This document shows positions 1 through 14,320 of a DNA stretch of 64,000 bases, one piece after another. The first letter of the stretch is position 1. Each line of letters opens with the position of its first letter. The notes under the pieces are model-generated. The model did no database searches and was not told the DNA's origin. It was given only the letters and a program-made list of their open reading frames with translations. The stretch comes from Octopus vulgaris (Eukaryota). The position numbers were made by a program, and so were the translations under genes. The stretch spans positions 22,196,001 through 22,260,000 of the forward strand of contig OX597819.1 of assembly GCA_951406725.2 (NCBI GenBank). The letters run 5' to 3'.

Positions 1-897
1 TGCTGAAAGTTTCAAGCTTTATGCTATCAGCATGCAAAACTAAATGCAATACCCAATAAATACACTGGACCTGGAGGGATTGCAATCCCAGAGGCACAAT
101 CAGTGCGAGACCTGGGTATTTACATGAGTGATGATGCAACCTTTCATCTGCATGTTGCTAAATTGGCAATGAAATGTAGGCGGCTGATCGGATGGATTCT
201 TAGAACCTTTAGAACAATAGACCAGGAAACCATGATGGTCCTCTGGAGGACACTTGTCCTAAGCCACTTTGACTATTGCTCTCAGCTATGGTCACCATCC
301 AGTGTCAAGTTAATCACAGAACTTGAGGCGATCCAACGAAGCTACACGAAGATAGCCTCTGAACAGCATATAAGCTATTGGGAAAGACTCAAGAGATTGA
401 GACTCTATTCCTTAGAGCGTAGGCGAGAAAGATATGCCATAATATACATCTGGAAGATCCTAGAAGGACTTGTCCCAAACTTTGGCATCGAGAGTTACAC
501 AAATGCCAGAACTGGGCGCCACTGCATAGTGCCAATGACTCCAAATTTGCCATCAAGATGTAGGACAAGATACTGTGATAGCCAGGGCTTCCGAAGCCCA
601 CAGCTCTTCATTATCCTCCCGAAGAACCTATGAGACCTGCATGGGGTGGATGCAGATGTCTTTAAAATAAAACTGGATCTCTTCTTTTCAGGTGTCCCAG
701 ATGAACCTACTTCCCGGCAGGAGGTGCAGATGAGGGCAGCTGCATCGAACTCTCTCATGCACCAAATGGCAATTGCTAAAAAGCATTCGTGAAGTAAAAT
801 CATGTAGCAGCACCAAATGGCGGTGCCCCAGCATGGCCACAGCTTGTGAGCTGAAACTAGATAAAATAAAATAAATAAAAAATAAATAAAAATAAAC
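1..897 (+). mobile_element. CR1/L2-like LINE 3' end (RT C-terminus, 3' UTR, (TAAAA)n tail)
   Basis: ORF 103..633 has RDLG..., DYCSQLWSP and LRLYSLERRRERY motifs typical of CR1/L2-group ORF2; ends in ggcggtgccccagcatggcc...ctgaaac plus a TAAAA tail. Confidence 0.85.
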
Positions 898-900
898 AAT

Positions 901-1210
901 ACAGTGATGGGCCGAGAAGTTTTAGAATAATACTGGAGCTGTAAAATATATCATGCTTTAACTTTTAACTCTTTGTATTACTAACTCCATTGTTTTTTGG
1001 CTCTTCTTTGCAAATAAACTGACATCTGATCGTTCAAAAAAGACTTGAAAAGTAATTAGTTGCCAATTCTCCTGAAAATGGAATAAATTTAGCATCGTGA
1101 TGTTATTGAGTTCCAGCAAAAAATGTTTTAGCCGCCGACGATATTCATACTGATATGATTGCTACATTAGGGATGAAACTCGTAGGGAATAATTTATCTA
1201 TTCGTTTTTA
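901..1210 (+). mobile_element. internally deleted mariner relic, paralogous to the copy at 44241-45420
   Basis: ataaactgacatctga...gccgacgatattcatactgatatgattgctacattagggatga aligns to ~44375-44530. Confidence 0.55.
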
Positions 1211-1470
1211 ACCCTAGGATTCATAACACTGGTTACCCAGCTTCCATGGCGTTTAACCAATTTCTCTGTGAACGGGAGATCTATCCGCCAAAGGTTTTTA
1301 TGTCAGCAATTTTTGAGGAGAGGGAACTAGTATATTTCATCGACTTCGATATTTGACTGGCACCTTAAATTTCGACGCCTAAGGGATGAAAAATAAAATT
1401 GAATTTAGCGAGATTTAAATTTAGAATCCGGACGAAATGCACCTAAACATTTTCTTCGGCCTGCTAAATA

Positions 1471-1702
1471 TATTTCTTTACTACCCACAAGGGGCTAAAC
1501 ACAGAGGTGACAAACAAGGACAGACGAACGGATTAAGTCGATTATATCGACCCCAGTGCGTAACCGGTACTTAATTTATCGACCCCGAAAGGATGAAAGG
1601 CAAAGTCGACTTCGGCGGAATTTGAACCCAGAACGTAACGGCAGACGAAATACGGCTACGCATTTCGCTCGGCGTGCTAACGATTCTGCCAGCTCGCCGC
1701 CT
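1471..1702 (-). mobile_element. tRNA-derived SINE, family A
   Basis: reverse complement of ggcggcgagctggcagaa...gttcaaattccgcc...gcctttcatcctttcggggtcgataaa...gtagtaaagaaata; near-identical copies at 18170, 23878, 41717 and 61271. Confidence 0.9.
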
Positions 1703-2031
1703 TATAGTCTACCAACTCACCAGAGTCGTTGTTGCGCCTGCCAAAATGCTTTGTCATATTTAGCTAACTTTCTTTACGTACTAAGCTCAAACCCTTCTGT
1801 GTTGGACGTTGCCTTTCGTCAATCAAATTAAATAAACCGAGAATCTGGGGTTGATATAACCGTCTGTGTGTTGGAGTCTCACAGTTAACCCTGGTTGAAG
1901 ATCAGTAATGAACCTTACCAAACAAGGCCTATCACATTTAAAAGAATGCAAATACAAACGTTTCCTGGTGTCATGCTGTTTTAAAACATGTAGTGAAGAG
2001 AGGAAGCAAAAAGTTATCTTAGTCAACTTAC

Positions 2032-2169
2032 ACACTTTTTGTGTATACACTCTCCATGTTTTGTTAACCTTAGGTTGACAGCGTTTCGCGGCACACGTAT
2101 TTCCCTTCTTTTCCATCCATGACTCTTTGGGTGCGCGGCATTTGCCCTCCACCATACATCCTACACACC
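2032..2169 (-). CDS. gene A coding exon (exon 3): Cys-rich VWC/FN1-like module of a small secreted protein; downstream exons lie left of the window
   Basis: tttttatgcag acceptor, gtaagt donor, 138 nt, phase 1/1, GCVGCMVEGKCRAPKESWMEKKGNTCAAKRCQPKVNKTWRVYTQKV; same length and Cys spacing as 46015-46152. Confidence 0.85.
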
Positions 2170-2576
2170 CTGCATAAAAATACATATATTCAAAAAATAT
2201 CAAATAAGCAAAATTATATAGTGGGTGTTTTCTAAGGAAGATTTGATATAAACTAGGAAATGATGTCCTCATAATATCCGATTTAAATCATATCTTTTTC
2301 ATCCTTCCAATTGATATTTGAAATTCAAGCTGATCATTTCTCTCTTTTCCCAGTTCTCTTTTAATAAAACAAATACGTGTGAGCGGTATATTGACACCCG
2401 TTTAATAAACAGATAGGCTCTACTACGAAGGTTTCTCCTACCCACGGGTGTGGTTTAGGAAAACCAAAAGTATTTGGTTGGTAGTGGAAAACGGCGTAAT
2501 GTAGAAGAAACTCCGTTATTCAGGCTTTTGTATAGGTGTTATTTGCTAGTTTATATACGGGAACAATGGAAAACAA

Positions 2577-2579
2577 AAC

Positions 2580-2648
<69 letters not shown>

Positions 2649-2714
2649 TGGTGATGATAATAACAGCATCAACAGCGACAACAACAACAACAACAACAAT
2701 AATAATAATAATAA
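2577..2714. repeat. (AAT)n/(AAC)n microsatellite
   Basis: direct reading. Confidence 0.95.
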
Positions 2715-3234
2715 AACGCCCTGATGCAGTACCAGACAGCGGATCTCGTGGCTTCTGATCTTAACTCATTGAAAGTGTTATCATGTACATTGTTTTGTCT
2801 TGGTATAAAAGATGGGCTACAGCAAATATTCTGCTCAATACCACATATTTGCTTGTCAGTTGGTTGACCTTAACCAGTTGAACATGTCCCTTAGTGGCTG
2901 ACGATATGTGTATCTCTGATCACGAGCAGGAGTAGTGGGGGAGCAACATAGCTGTGTGTTGAGAGGGATTGTTGGTGGTTTGGATAATTCCCCTCTGGAA
3001 ACATGGGTGCTTCGTTCAACATCCTTAAAGAACCCTTATTCAGGGACCTTTTGAACGAGATGGGCTACTCGACCATGTGCTGTTTATCTTGATATGAGAT
3101 CACCATGTCGCGCACATATGGTTGTGAAGCATGTGCCTAGTGCACCCTTATCAGACGGGTAGTGATGATGGGTATACTGGGCTTCGTATATTTTACTCCA
3201 GTGTCACTTTGATGACATGCACTGCTTTCTCACT
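2715..3234. mobile_element. non-coding interspersed element embedded in (AAT)n
   Basis: homologous copies at 35584-35722 and 46822-47290; all abut (AAT)n tracts. Confidence 0.75.
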
Positions 3235-3235
3235 C

Positions 3236-3345
<110 letters not shown>

Positions 3346-3410
3346 TAATAATAATAACAACAACATCGAAAAATATCCTAGGAATGAGAACCCAGGTTCG
3401 AAATTTCTCC

Positions 3411-3458
3411 AAGACGCCTCATGAAGGCTGGAGGGTATATCAGCCGAAACGTTGTGTT
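3411..3458 (+). ncRNA. degenerate minimal hammerhead-ribozyme motif (core mutated to CUCAUGA)
   Basis: gacgc-CTCATGA-a-ggctg...cagcc-GAAAC-GTT-gtgtt; stems I and II pair. Confidence 0.5.
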
Positions 3459-3509
3459 AACAACAAACAAGATGAGGACAAATATCCGTCGAATGTAAAT
3501 AATGTAAAT

Positions 3510-3680
3510 AAAGTTGATGTTGCGTGCCCCTTTGACCCACAAATAGTCAAGAACGAAGATGAAAACATAGAAAAATAGAACACCGTTAAGTACGAAATAG
3601 CCCGGCTATGGAAAATGAAGAAGGTGAAGATAGTGCCAATTATTGTTGGGTCCTTAGGGACACTCTCAGAATGTATCAAG
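3510..3680 (+). mobile_element. R4/Dong-like LINE restriction-like endonuclease fragment
   Basis: VDVACPFD...KYEIARLWKMKKVKIVPIIVGSLG; similar to ~13710-13870. Confidence 0.7.
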
Positions 3681-4307
3681 ACTATTTCCTTTATATTCTT
3701 TCCATAACTGTTTACCTAGTTTCGCACCACTATGTGTATACGAAGGCGCAGGCGTCGCTGTGTGGTAAGAAGCTTGCTATCCAACCACTGGGAAACACCT
3801 TGAAGCTGTTTCCGGAACATCCGATGTACCTACGTATATTGCTGCTGGGGATGGTATTTCTGTTGATGTTGAAGCTACTAGAGGGTTATAGAAGATGACG
3901 GAGATGGATACTTTTTTATAATAACAAACAGAATTCTCAAGGTGGAACGCAACTAATTATGCAATCAAATTATTCCTACTTCCCTTCAGGCTTTATTTAC
4001 CGGATTTGTTCTGTTCCGGTATTTATCTTGTATTAATATGATTAGCTAGGACCGTGCACTTCGGAATCGTATGGAGTAGCTTATTGGCGAAATTTCAACA
4101 CGGGTCGCCATATTATTTTTCTAAGTACAGGTTAGTTGCTTTCAACGTGAAATGTGAAGGATATTGAAATCAGTGAATTGGAATATATTGACAGTTCACC
4201 ACATACTTGTAGCATAAGAAAAGATTGGTTATAATTGAAACAGATGAAAGAATTGTAAACAAACAGTATTTAAATTTTGTCACTTAATTGTTCTATATTT
4301 TACACGT

Positions 4308-4676
4308 GAAGGCACAATTTCCCAGTGGTTAGGGCAGTGTACTCGTGGTCGTAGGATCGCGGTTTCGATTCCCAGACCGGGTGTTGTGAGCGAAAATACC
4401 TGAAGCCCCATGAGGCTCCGGCAGTGGGTGGTGGCGAACCCTGCTGTACTCTTTCGCCACAACCTTCTCTCACTCTTTCTTCCTGTTTCTGTAATAGATG
4501 CATTTCAAAGGCCCAGCCTTGTGACACTCTGTGACACGCTGAATCTTCCCGAGAACTACGTTAAGGGTACACATATCTATGCAGTCCTCAGCCACTTGTC
4601 CGTTAATTTCACGAGCAGGCTGTTCCATTGATCGGATCAACTGGAACCCTCGTCGTCGTAGGCGACGGAGTGCCAC
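4308..4676 (+). mobile_element. tRNA-derived SINE, family C
   Basis: A/B-box-like cagtggttagggc...ggtttcgattccc; second copy at 39286-39664 (-). Confidence 0.85.
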
Positions 4677-4937
4677 GATATTTTGCACACACTTACACGC
4701 ACACATGTGTACATATATGCGTATTTATATACATATATACACATTCACTCACACACACGTATATACGTACATACAGATAAATATATATACTAAGTTATGA
4801 TAGCGGATATCAAATATCGCAAAGTGAAAAACTATAGCACAAGAAGTGTGAGTGAGTAAGTAGATTAAAGAATTGATGCTCAGGTAATTTTCAAAAGTTT
4901 AATTATTCAGTATTTTCACCTATGATTGGAAACTTAC

Positions 4938-5007
4938 CCGCATTAACCGTTCGGTTAAAAGCTATTTCTGCTGCCAAGACCAACAGGCAAAAAATGAAGG
5001 CTCGCAT
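4938..5007 (-). CDS. gene A exon 2 coding part: signal peptide MRAFIFCLLVLAAEIAFNRTVNA
   Basis: tttcag acceptor (exon starts 5016), ATG at 5007, hydrophobic core ending V-N-A, phase-1 gtaagt donor that splices in frame to 2169. Confidence 0.85.
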
Positions 5008-5336
5008 CGTATAGATCTGAAAGTATATATATAATTCGAAAAGATCGAACTAGTAACTAATTTAGAGAAAAAAAGGGAGTAACACAATTAGATACGTGTG
5101 TGTGTGTGTATTCTCTGGGAATATACATATTTGGTTGTAAGTGTGTGTGTATATGACTGTGTGTACGTATGTGCGTTCGTATGTGTGTGAGAGTACCCGC
5201 GCGTGTACGCTCGTGTGTGTGTACATAACTCTATCTGCATACACAAAACACACACATATATATATATATGTATTACAAATGTATATATATATACTATATA
5301 CCCATACACGTGTATATATGAGTGCATGATGACATG

Positions 5337-5404
<68 letters not shown>

Positions 5405-5549
5405 AATATTAGGGAATAAATCCAAATTTACAGGGAAAAAAATCAGATTTAGGATTAAATCCAATTTTATAGTAAAATATTATATAATATTTTATGTATT
5501 GATTAAGTCTTTCCTTGTTTGTTTTGCAAAATAGTGGTTTTGTCTCGAA

Positions 5550-5594
<45 letters not shown>

Positions 5595-5640
5595 GCATAT
5601 ACATACATACATACATACATGTGTGTGTGTGTATGTGTGT

Positions 5641-5707
<67 letters not shown>

Positions 5708-6325
5708 GGTTTACATTCTGCTAAACAGTCACGTTTAAATAATTGTATTTCGATATATTTACAAATATTTTTCCTTATTCAATATTACACTTCTTCCTTT
5801 CTTGAATTGTGAGAATAATTCGCAACGTAAAGCTCTGGGCTGTGATTCAAGAAATCACAGAACTTAAGGTTACATGCCAATTCCCCGTCAGGATTGGGAA
5901 ATTTTGGACAAACCATACAGACACTCAGTTGCCTACGCAAAAACATTCGCACAAACACCCACATATATATCTATAAGATATAATTCGTACAAGCATTTAA
6001 ATATAATTCGTACAAGCATTTGAATATACGTATTTGTATGATATACGTTTTTAAGAGCATCTATTTTAATATATATTAGAGATATTTTTCACATCAAAGT
6101 TTCATTCACGGAGATGGCAGAGTATATCCAGGCTTATGGAACATTTTAAAAGAGGATTGCTTACTTAAAACATCTAAGTCTTCTCATGTAACTTAATATG
6201 TTCCAGTATAACAAGCATTGATTCTTTTTCTAATTAATTCTCTTTGTTCTTAGACTTTTCTCAAAGTTATGTATATGCCTATGTTTAATTTTATAAACAC
6301 ACGCATAAACACGTAATATATTCTC

Positions 6326-6686
6326 GGCTCCGTCGGTCACCAATAACCATGGGTGCACATCAGAGGTTCCCCTTCGGGGTACAAGTCTGGGCGGAAAATG
6401 GCCTCACCGGCGAACGCACAACATAGGGTTGTTTTTATAGAAGACCAGCAGTCACCCATGCATACCGCCCTCCCCCCTCTCCACGCCGCCGATGTTATCC
6501 AAGAGAAAGGCACAGGGGCCGATAGAGCTTCGCACCGGTGATATGGTAACTCATTTCTACAGCTGAGTTAATTGGAGCAACGTAAAAGTGGCTTGCTGAA
6601 AAACACAACACCCAGTCCTGTCCGGGGATCGAACTCACAACCTCAGGATCGTAAGCTCGACGCTCTAATCACTGAGCGATGCACCT
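6326..6686 (-). mobile_element. tRNA-derived SINE, family D
   Basis: reverse complement of gctcagtgattagagcgtcg...gagttcgatcccc; related copy at 27438-27720. Confidence 0.75.
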
Positions 6687-6689
6687 TGG

Positions 6690-7540
<851 letters not shown>

Positions 7541-7559
7541 GAGAGGGAGCGAGAGAGGG

Positions 7560-8330
7560 ATTTTACGAAAATGCTTATCCAAGGCTGTGAAAAATTTCGT
7601 GGACATATTAGTTGTATCATTTAAGCTGGAAGGAATATTAAACGAGGCGGAAATTCTCTTACGTAATCGTCGATAGCCTTTATTATTTCTTGCACCTGTC
7701 CGAGTAGTGTTATAGGTAATCAATAAGGTAATCAATACTAACTTTGGTACGTCGAGTAGACAAATCACATTCTTATTTTTTTAGGTTTAGTCCCAATTAT
7801 GGTATTAAAATGCTTCGGCCAATACGAATTTATTGAACTATTCTTATACTTGTATTCATCTGCCTAATTATAAACTTCCATATTACCCTCCTCGTTTCTG
7901 CTAATATATTCTTTCCTCGTCTGGTTATTATTGTTGACACGAATCCCAACGCTTGTGTAATTATTGCTATTTGGAGTACAATTTTATTTAACTGTATATT
8001 TTCCTTATCACATTCTATATCTTTTGTGCTCAGAGCAGTATTTTAAAATCATTTTTGCATGTGTTGCCATTCATATTAAATCTTATCGGAATTTGTAACT
8101 TAAGCACATTTAAAATAATTTATGTTGTTGTTAGGACACACAGATTTGAGGCATTCATTCTTGCATTTTGTTTCATATTTATTTATCATTATTAATAATG
8201 TTGCCATTGGATTTAATTTTATCGTTAAGATTATTTTCCTATCATGACGTCCATGATTAATATTCATACTACGGCTACTATTACGGTGACCAATACTATG
8301 AACCATATCCCAAGTAGTAGGAATATTGGT
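7560..8330 (-). mobile_element. Penelope-like element relic
   Basis: ORF 7496..7768 has [32 protein letters not shown], resembling the PLE post-RT motif RKR..WFNPP.S..V.TNIG..FL..LDKHF. Confidence 0.55.
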
Positions 8331-8599
8331 TCCAAATTCTGGTACAAGGTCAGCGATTTAGGGTAAGTTGATTCTATCGACCTCAATGCTCATCCCGTAC
8401 TTAACCGATCCCCATAGAATGAAAGGCAAAGTCTGCAACGTAGTAATCATATTACCATTTACCTACATTCGCATACTGAAGTATATCCACCATCTTGGCA
8501 GCAAACATACATTCTAGTCTTAGGATTAGTTATTAATACGCACGCTCTTAGCACGTAAGTCAGAACCACTTCCATGTTTCAAGTAAGTACAGTATCATA

Positions 8600-8627
8600 G
8601 ATGATAGATGGATAACTAGATAGGTAT

Positions 8628-8705
<78 letters not shown>
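8600..8705. repeat. (GATA)n in gene A intron 1; paralogous tract at 51808-52260
   Basis: direct reading; the flanks to the right align between the paralogs. Confidence 0.9.
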
Positions 8706-8706
<1 letters not shown>

Positions 8707-8956
8707 CAAACGTACGCATACAGAAAGGAAAAAATACAATTTTAGACATAGACCTTATATTTTCCTTTCTTTACCAATAAAATCAAATCAAGATACTGCT
8801 AGATATCTTTTTATATTAGACCCGTTTCTGAATTTATGTATTAAATAACAATTTATATGAAAAGACTGAAAATACATTCAATTTTTAAAACCAGATCTGA
8901 GCTACAATTCAAAACACATAAAACTATTTCACAAGATATTGTAAAGGTTCACTTAC

Positions 8957-8997
8957 TTATACCAAAAGGAGAAAGCGGCAAAGAAAATTGGAAGAAT
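8957..8997 (-). other. gene A putative non-coding exon 1
   Basis: Inr-like TCATTCT at ~8997; gtaagt donor at 8956-8951; the homologous segment with the same donor is at 52541-52585. Confidence 0.65.
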
Positions 8998-9019
8998 GAT
9001 GAATACGAAAAACGATGCG

Positions 9020-9045
9020 TATTTATATCTAACGTAACACAGCTG
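9020..9045 (-). promoter_or_regulatory. gene A TATA box (TATAAATA, 9027-9020) with upstream E-box CAGCTG
   Basis: TATA begins 30 nt upstream of the Inr-like A at 8997; CAGCTG is kept in gene B. Confidence 0.6.
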
Positions 9046-9382
9046 GTGTCAATTAATCCCAATTTTTACTATCCCACAATTTAATGGGATAATAACGACA
9101 TGCCATAAAATACTAGCTTACATCAAAATATTACTGTGGAAGAGAAGTGGAAACAATGGTTTCTACTTCTGACCCTGATTTAAATTGTCACTTATATGAA
9201 TATTCTCATCAATCATTAATCACATCCATTCTCCGTGTACTAAACACTTCCTTCTGTCACATCTCGCTTTAACTTATATTGCTGTTATAAATGTCTAAAA
9301 GACATAAGGTATTGTTTACCTTTAAAACATGTTTGTACCCATCCACGCAATATAATGGATATCATAGATAGATAGATAGATT

Positions 9383-9475
<93 letters not shown>

Positions 9476-9785
9476 ACAAACAGACATATATACACATGCA
9501 GGCATAATTCTGATTTCTGCTTCCCATACAGATTCTCTTATTTTATGAGATTTTCATAATTTTTTTTTGTGATTATGCAAAAGCCAAACAAATAATAATA
9601 ATAATAACAATAATAATAATAAATAAATAAAAGATTGTGTGTGCTTTAAAGCCTATTTGGCTGTTATTTTTTATTACATCTTTCGACCACCCAGTAATTT
9701 CTCCTTTCTTTAAAATTCTGACATATATTGATGTTTTTCAATATTTTCTCTCCTTAAATATATTCAATGGGCCATTGCAGATATA

Positions 9786-10182
9786 TCTTTATATATAAAA
9801 GAGAAGTTGTGTGTCTCTCTCCTACGATTTAGATTCCTAACTACTCCCACATTTTGCGGTGCAGTTTAACCAAAACCGGGTATCTTATAGTCATGATTCA
9901 TATCGAGCCCTTCTGGGTATTAGCGCGCGTCTACGATGAGTCTACGATTTAAAAAAAATTTACCATCATTTTTTTCCATCTTAATGCATTTTTTCGCTAT
10001 TATATTAGGGAAGTAACTCTCTAAAAATGTCTACGATGAGTCAACGATTTTTAAAAATATTTACCGTAATTTGTTTTCCATTTTTAATGCATTTTTTGGC
10101 TATTTTTTGGCTATAACTCTCTAAAAATGCTTATATAGTTATTTCCCATACAAACCCGAGCAACGCCGGGCGATACTGCTAG
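9786..10182 (+). mobile_element. non-autonomous Helitron (~400 bp)
   Basis: A|TC start; subterminal hairpin cccgagcaacgccggg; CTAG|T end; near-identical copy at 59150-59549. Confidence 0.85.
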
Positions 10183-10299
10183 TAAGCAATAAAGTTGGAC
10201 TGTCCTTTTTTTAAAATTCTGATATTTAAAAAAGATTGATCAATCAAAATTAAACTATTTTTCATAATCGTATGAATTACCACGTATGAATTCCCAAAA

Positions 10300-10990
10300 A
10301 TAAAGAAGTTATGAGGGATTATATGGTGTGCATATAATTCTACCCACATTATTTATATAGGCTGCTTTAAAAGCCTTAATTTATATTTACCACCTTTATT
10401 TTCAGATAACCCATGACAGACAACAAGATGCCCCAGCAAATGAAAAGGCACGCTGAGGGCAGCATGCGTGATAACATACGGTACAAATCGTATGTGATGC
10501 AGAATTTGTCGGAGTTTGTCGGACGTTTCAAGAATGGCTGGTTCGATTCGTACAAAGCGCTTGCTGAACAACGGACATGACAACACTCCTTTTTTTTTTT
10601 CACAGGGCTTAAGGAGTAATGGCACTGTATATACCTAAGTATTGGAGAATACTGTGAGGCCCTGGATAGACAGAATAAGCGATGAAGACCGAACGTCTTC
10701 CAACAATACTCTGCACCATTTCGTAAAGCTAAGACAAACGTGTATGCGTTCCAATCTCCACGATCATGTTGACCCAGAGATATTGCCTCCTAGCTCACCG
10801 GGCCTCAATCCACTGGACTATTACGTATGAGGCATGGTCGCCATAACCATCATTATGTTCAGAATTGATAAAGATCATCTGATTTGGGCATGTCCAGCTT
10901 CCGACCCTGGCTAAAAGATATCCACAAATTCAAACAACTGATTGTCTTAAACAATATACTCTCAAAATAATTGGTACAAATAAACTAGAG
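10300..10990 (+). mobile_element. Tc1/mariner (maT/DD37D-like) relic
   Basis: LPPSSPGLNPLDYYV matches the WPPSSPDLNPLDY motif; homologous 5' part at ~53000-53250. Confidence 0.7.
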
Positions 10991-11379
10991 AATTACACTT
11001 ATTCTCTTAATCCATCAACAAACGAATGAAGATTGGTAGGTTTGTAGTTACTACGTAAAACTATTAAAACCCAAGAAAATATTATTGGATTGTGTCCTTC
11101 TTTCATCCCCCCATCGGAGGTGGTTCCAAATTCAAAACAATTAGTTCCTACTTTCCGTTTCGCAGGAAAAGAAAAATTATATCTATTTTTAAACTTGAAA
11201 TAAAAAAGCAAATGTTTCTCATTATTTGGCATACCAATGGATATTGAGGCCAATTCGTTCTCGCGCCTTTGCCAATAGTTGCCTTCTCTCGGGTACAGGG
11301 AACTCAGCCAGTATCTGAGAAGTACAGAGTTCGATTCTCTGTAGCCGCCTGCTGGTAACGTTCTTGGGAAAACAATCTA

Positions 11380-14320
11380 GAGCGACAAATGCCGAATGTG
11401 TGGTGTAAATGGTGAAACAATGTGACACATTGTTCTTGAGTGTACGAAATTAGAAGAAACAGAATGTAAACGAATTCGTGAGAAACAAAATTAAAAAGAG
11501 AACTAGGACAAATTGATAGATTGCGAAGAGGGGAAGTGCAGAACGAAAATATAGGAATAAAATTCTAGAAAGAATATACAGAATGAGAGATAAAGGATAT
11601 GATGTGATATTGGAAGAATTGAAGCAAAGTAAGCCTGGAAAGATATAAGAATAGAGCAAAATAATTCAGGCAAAATGGATTGTTTAAAGCAAATCAGAAG
11701 AAACTGTTTCAGGAACTAGATGAGCAATTACACGTAACAATGAAACGAGATGCAAAGGAAAGCAGGGCATTCTGGAGAGGGATATGGGACCAACCTGTCG
11801 AGCATAATGATAAAGCGGAGTGGCTGAATGAAATCAAAGATTGGTCAAGAAATGCAGAATGTCAAGACGTAAAAATAACTACAGAAATGATAAAAAAGCA
11901 GGTAAGAAAATTCCCAAACTGGAAAAGTTCAGGAACAGATGGGATCCAAGATTATTGGAGGAAAAAGCTGAAATGGCTCCATGAAAGAATAGCGCAACAG
12001 CTAGATGAGTGTTTAGGAAAGGCGCAGTACCCAGCTGGATGACAAAAGGGAAGACGTTGTTATGTGCGAAGGATCCTGAAAAGGGAGATGTTGCATCCAA
12101 CTTTAGACCAACAACGTGCCTTCCGCTAATGTGCTTTGGCCTGTGAACTGTGTAGATATTTAGAAAAGAGAGGGCGGATACCTATTGAACAGAAAAGGTG
12201 CCGAAAGAGGAACCGGGGAACGAAGGGTCAGCTCTTAATCGATAATCTAGTTATCAGAAATACAAGAGAAAATACACAAACCTGTGCAAGTTATGGGTTG
12301 ACTAATGGAAAGCATACGATATGATACCATACTCCTGGATAATAAGAATAATGGAAAATGTATGGAGTAGCAGAAAACATGAGATGCCTTATACGGAAGA
12401 GTAGGAAATGATGGAGAACGGAATTGACAGCAGGGTGAGGTGAAACTCAGGAGTGGAACCTTCCGGGGGGACAGTGTGTCACCACTGATCTTTGTGCTAA
12501 AATTGATACCCTGGAGTAAAATACTACAGAAAGCAAGGTTGGGCTATGACCTGGAAAGAGGTAAAGGAAAACTGAACCACTTGATATTCATGGACGACTT
12601 GAAGTTGTTCATACGTGAGGCAGAACTGGACAGCCTAGTCCCTTCTGTGCGGATCTACTCTAATTATATTAAGATGGAGTTTAGACTCTCAAAATGTGCT
12701 ACGATGGTGATGAGACGAGGACAGAAAGCCTAGGTTTGCCAAGTGGTGAGATGATGAAGGCAATTCAACATCAATCTAGCTATAAATATATAGGAATACT
12801 TCAGGCAGGTGGAATCAAACACCACAACATGAAGGAAAGGACAAAAACAGAGAATCTGTGGCGAGTGAGAAAAAATTTTGCTTGAAAGCTGAATGCCAGA
12901 AACTTCGGCAATAAACTCGCGCGCAGTTACAGTAGTTCTTTATGGCCCTGGACTCATGAAGTGGACTGAGAAGGAGCGAAAGGAGATGGATAGGAAGTCA
13001 AGAAAGCTCCTAATGATGCATGGAACCCATCAGCCACGTGCAGACACTCATCACCTATACATGAAGAGAGCAAATGGGGGAAGGGGATTGATAAGTGTGG
13101 AAGACCGTGTACATGTCGAACTCGAGGGCTTAATAAGATACGTAACCCAAAGTAAGGAAACCTTGCTAGTGTCAGGAACGAGAGAATATTGAAAGCAGAG
13201 TCGAAAGGAAAAAATGTAGGAAGATGTACAAAATGGATATGAAGAAGAATTACGCAAGAAAGGACTACAGAATCAATTCCATGTAGCCACAACAGACGTT
13301 GCTGCCAAAAAAGGTGGGAAAATTGGCTGACGAAAGGCAAACTAAAAAAGGAAACCGAGAGCACTATAGTGGCAGTGCAAGACTAAGGTTTGGTCACGAA
13401 GTGGAGGGTCAACCTTAGGAAAGAGCAAGTGTCACTGCTGTGCCGCATTTGTAACAGAGTGGATGAAACCATTGCTCATATCACAAACAAATGCCTTTGA
13501 CCTACTCAAAACTACTACAAGCTGCGACAACATGATCAGGTAGGGAAAGTGCTACATTGGAAACTACGAAAAGTGGGGGCTAGAGAGGGGTAAGACGTGG
13601 TATAAACCGCAGAGATTGGCGGAATCGGAGACTAGCAATCTAAACAGATCAAGTGCGAGAGCATAACAGACGGGAACTGGTAGTGGTCGACAAGATGCCC
13701 GACATGTGGTATATAGTTGATGTTGCGTGTTCTTTTTGGCCCTTTTGACCGAAGAAGGGAGCTAAAAAAAGAGATAAATACAATCCTCTAAATCACGAAG
13801 TAGCCCGGCTATGGATCATGAAAAAGGTGAAGATAGTGTCGATTATTGTTTGGTCCTTGGGAACAGCATCAGAAGGCATCAAAAGAAATATAAACGAAAT
13901 TGGAATAGAGTGCCCAGTAGAATTGCTACAAAAGGTTTGCCTCCTTGGCACGGCCATAATAATCAGGAAAGTATTAGAGAGCTGAAAAGAACGGATAGCA
14001 TGATACCACAGTCTGCAGGTAGCAAGCCCGCAACGCATGTAAGACTCAAGGAGATCCAACAAAATCTGTAATAAACGAAATGACAACAACAGCAACAACA
14101 ATAACAACAGAACAAGCAGATTGCCAAAAGAACGGGCAGAAACAAACTGAGAAGCGATGGAGCCAGAAGCCCCAGCATGGACAGTATATACTTCGAAGCC
14201 GAAAATATAACAACCCATCAACGGCTGAGAAGCTTAGGTCTGAAAGCAGAGACTGAAAGTAAACATACTGGCAGCTGAAGATCAAAGCTTGCTCACAAAA
14301 AAACTACCTGGCTAACTTTC
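11380..14320 (+). mobile_element. decayed R4/Dong-clade non-LTR retrotransposon (RT, CCHC knuckle, REL endonuclease) plus flanking fragments
   Basis: FWRGIW, PNWKSSGTDGIQ, GDSVSPL, LNHLIFMDDLKLF, GGRGLISVED, CRIC..ETIAHI; many stops and frameshifts. Confidence 0.85.

Noticed and set aside
1823-2272. 149-aa ORF as a single-exon gene
   Set aside because: Only 2032-2169 is bounded by splice sites and conserved as protein in the paralog; the rest is intron read-through
4308-4385. tRNA genes at SINE heads (also 27650-27720 and 39590-39664)
   Set aside because: A/B boxes continue into repeated SINE bodies; no complete cloverleaf
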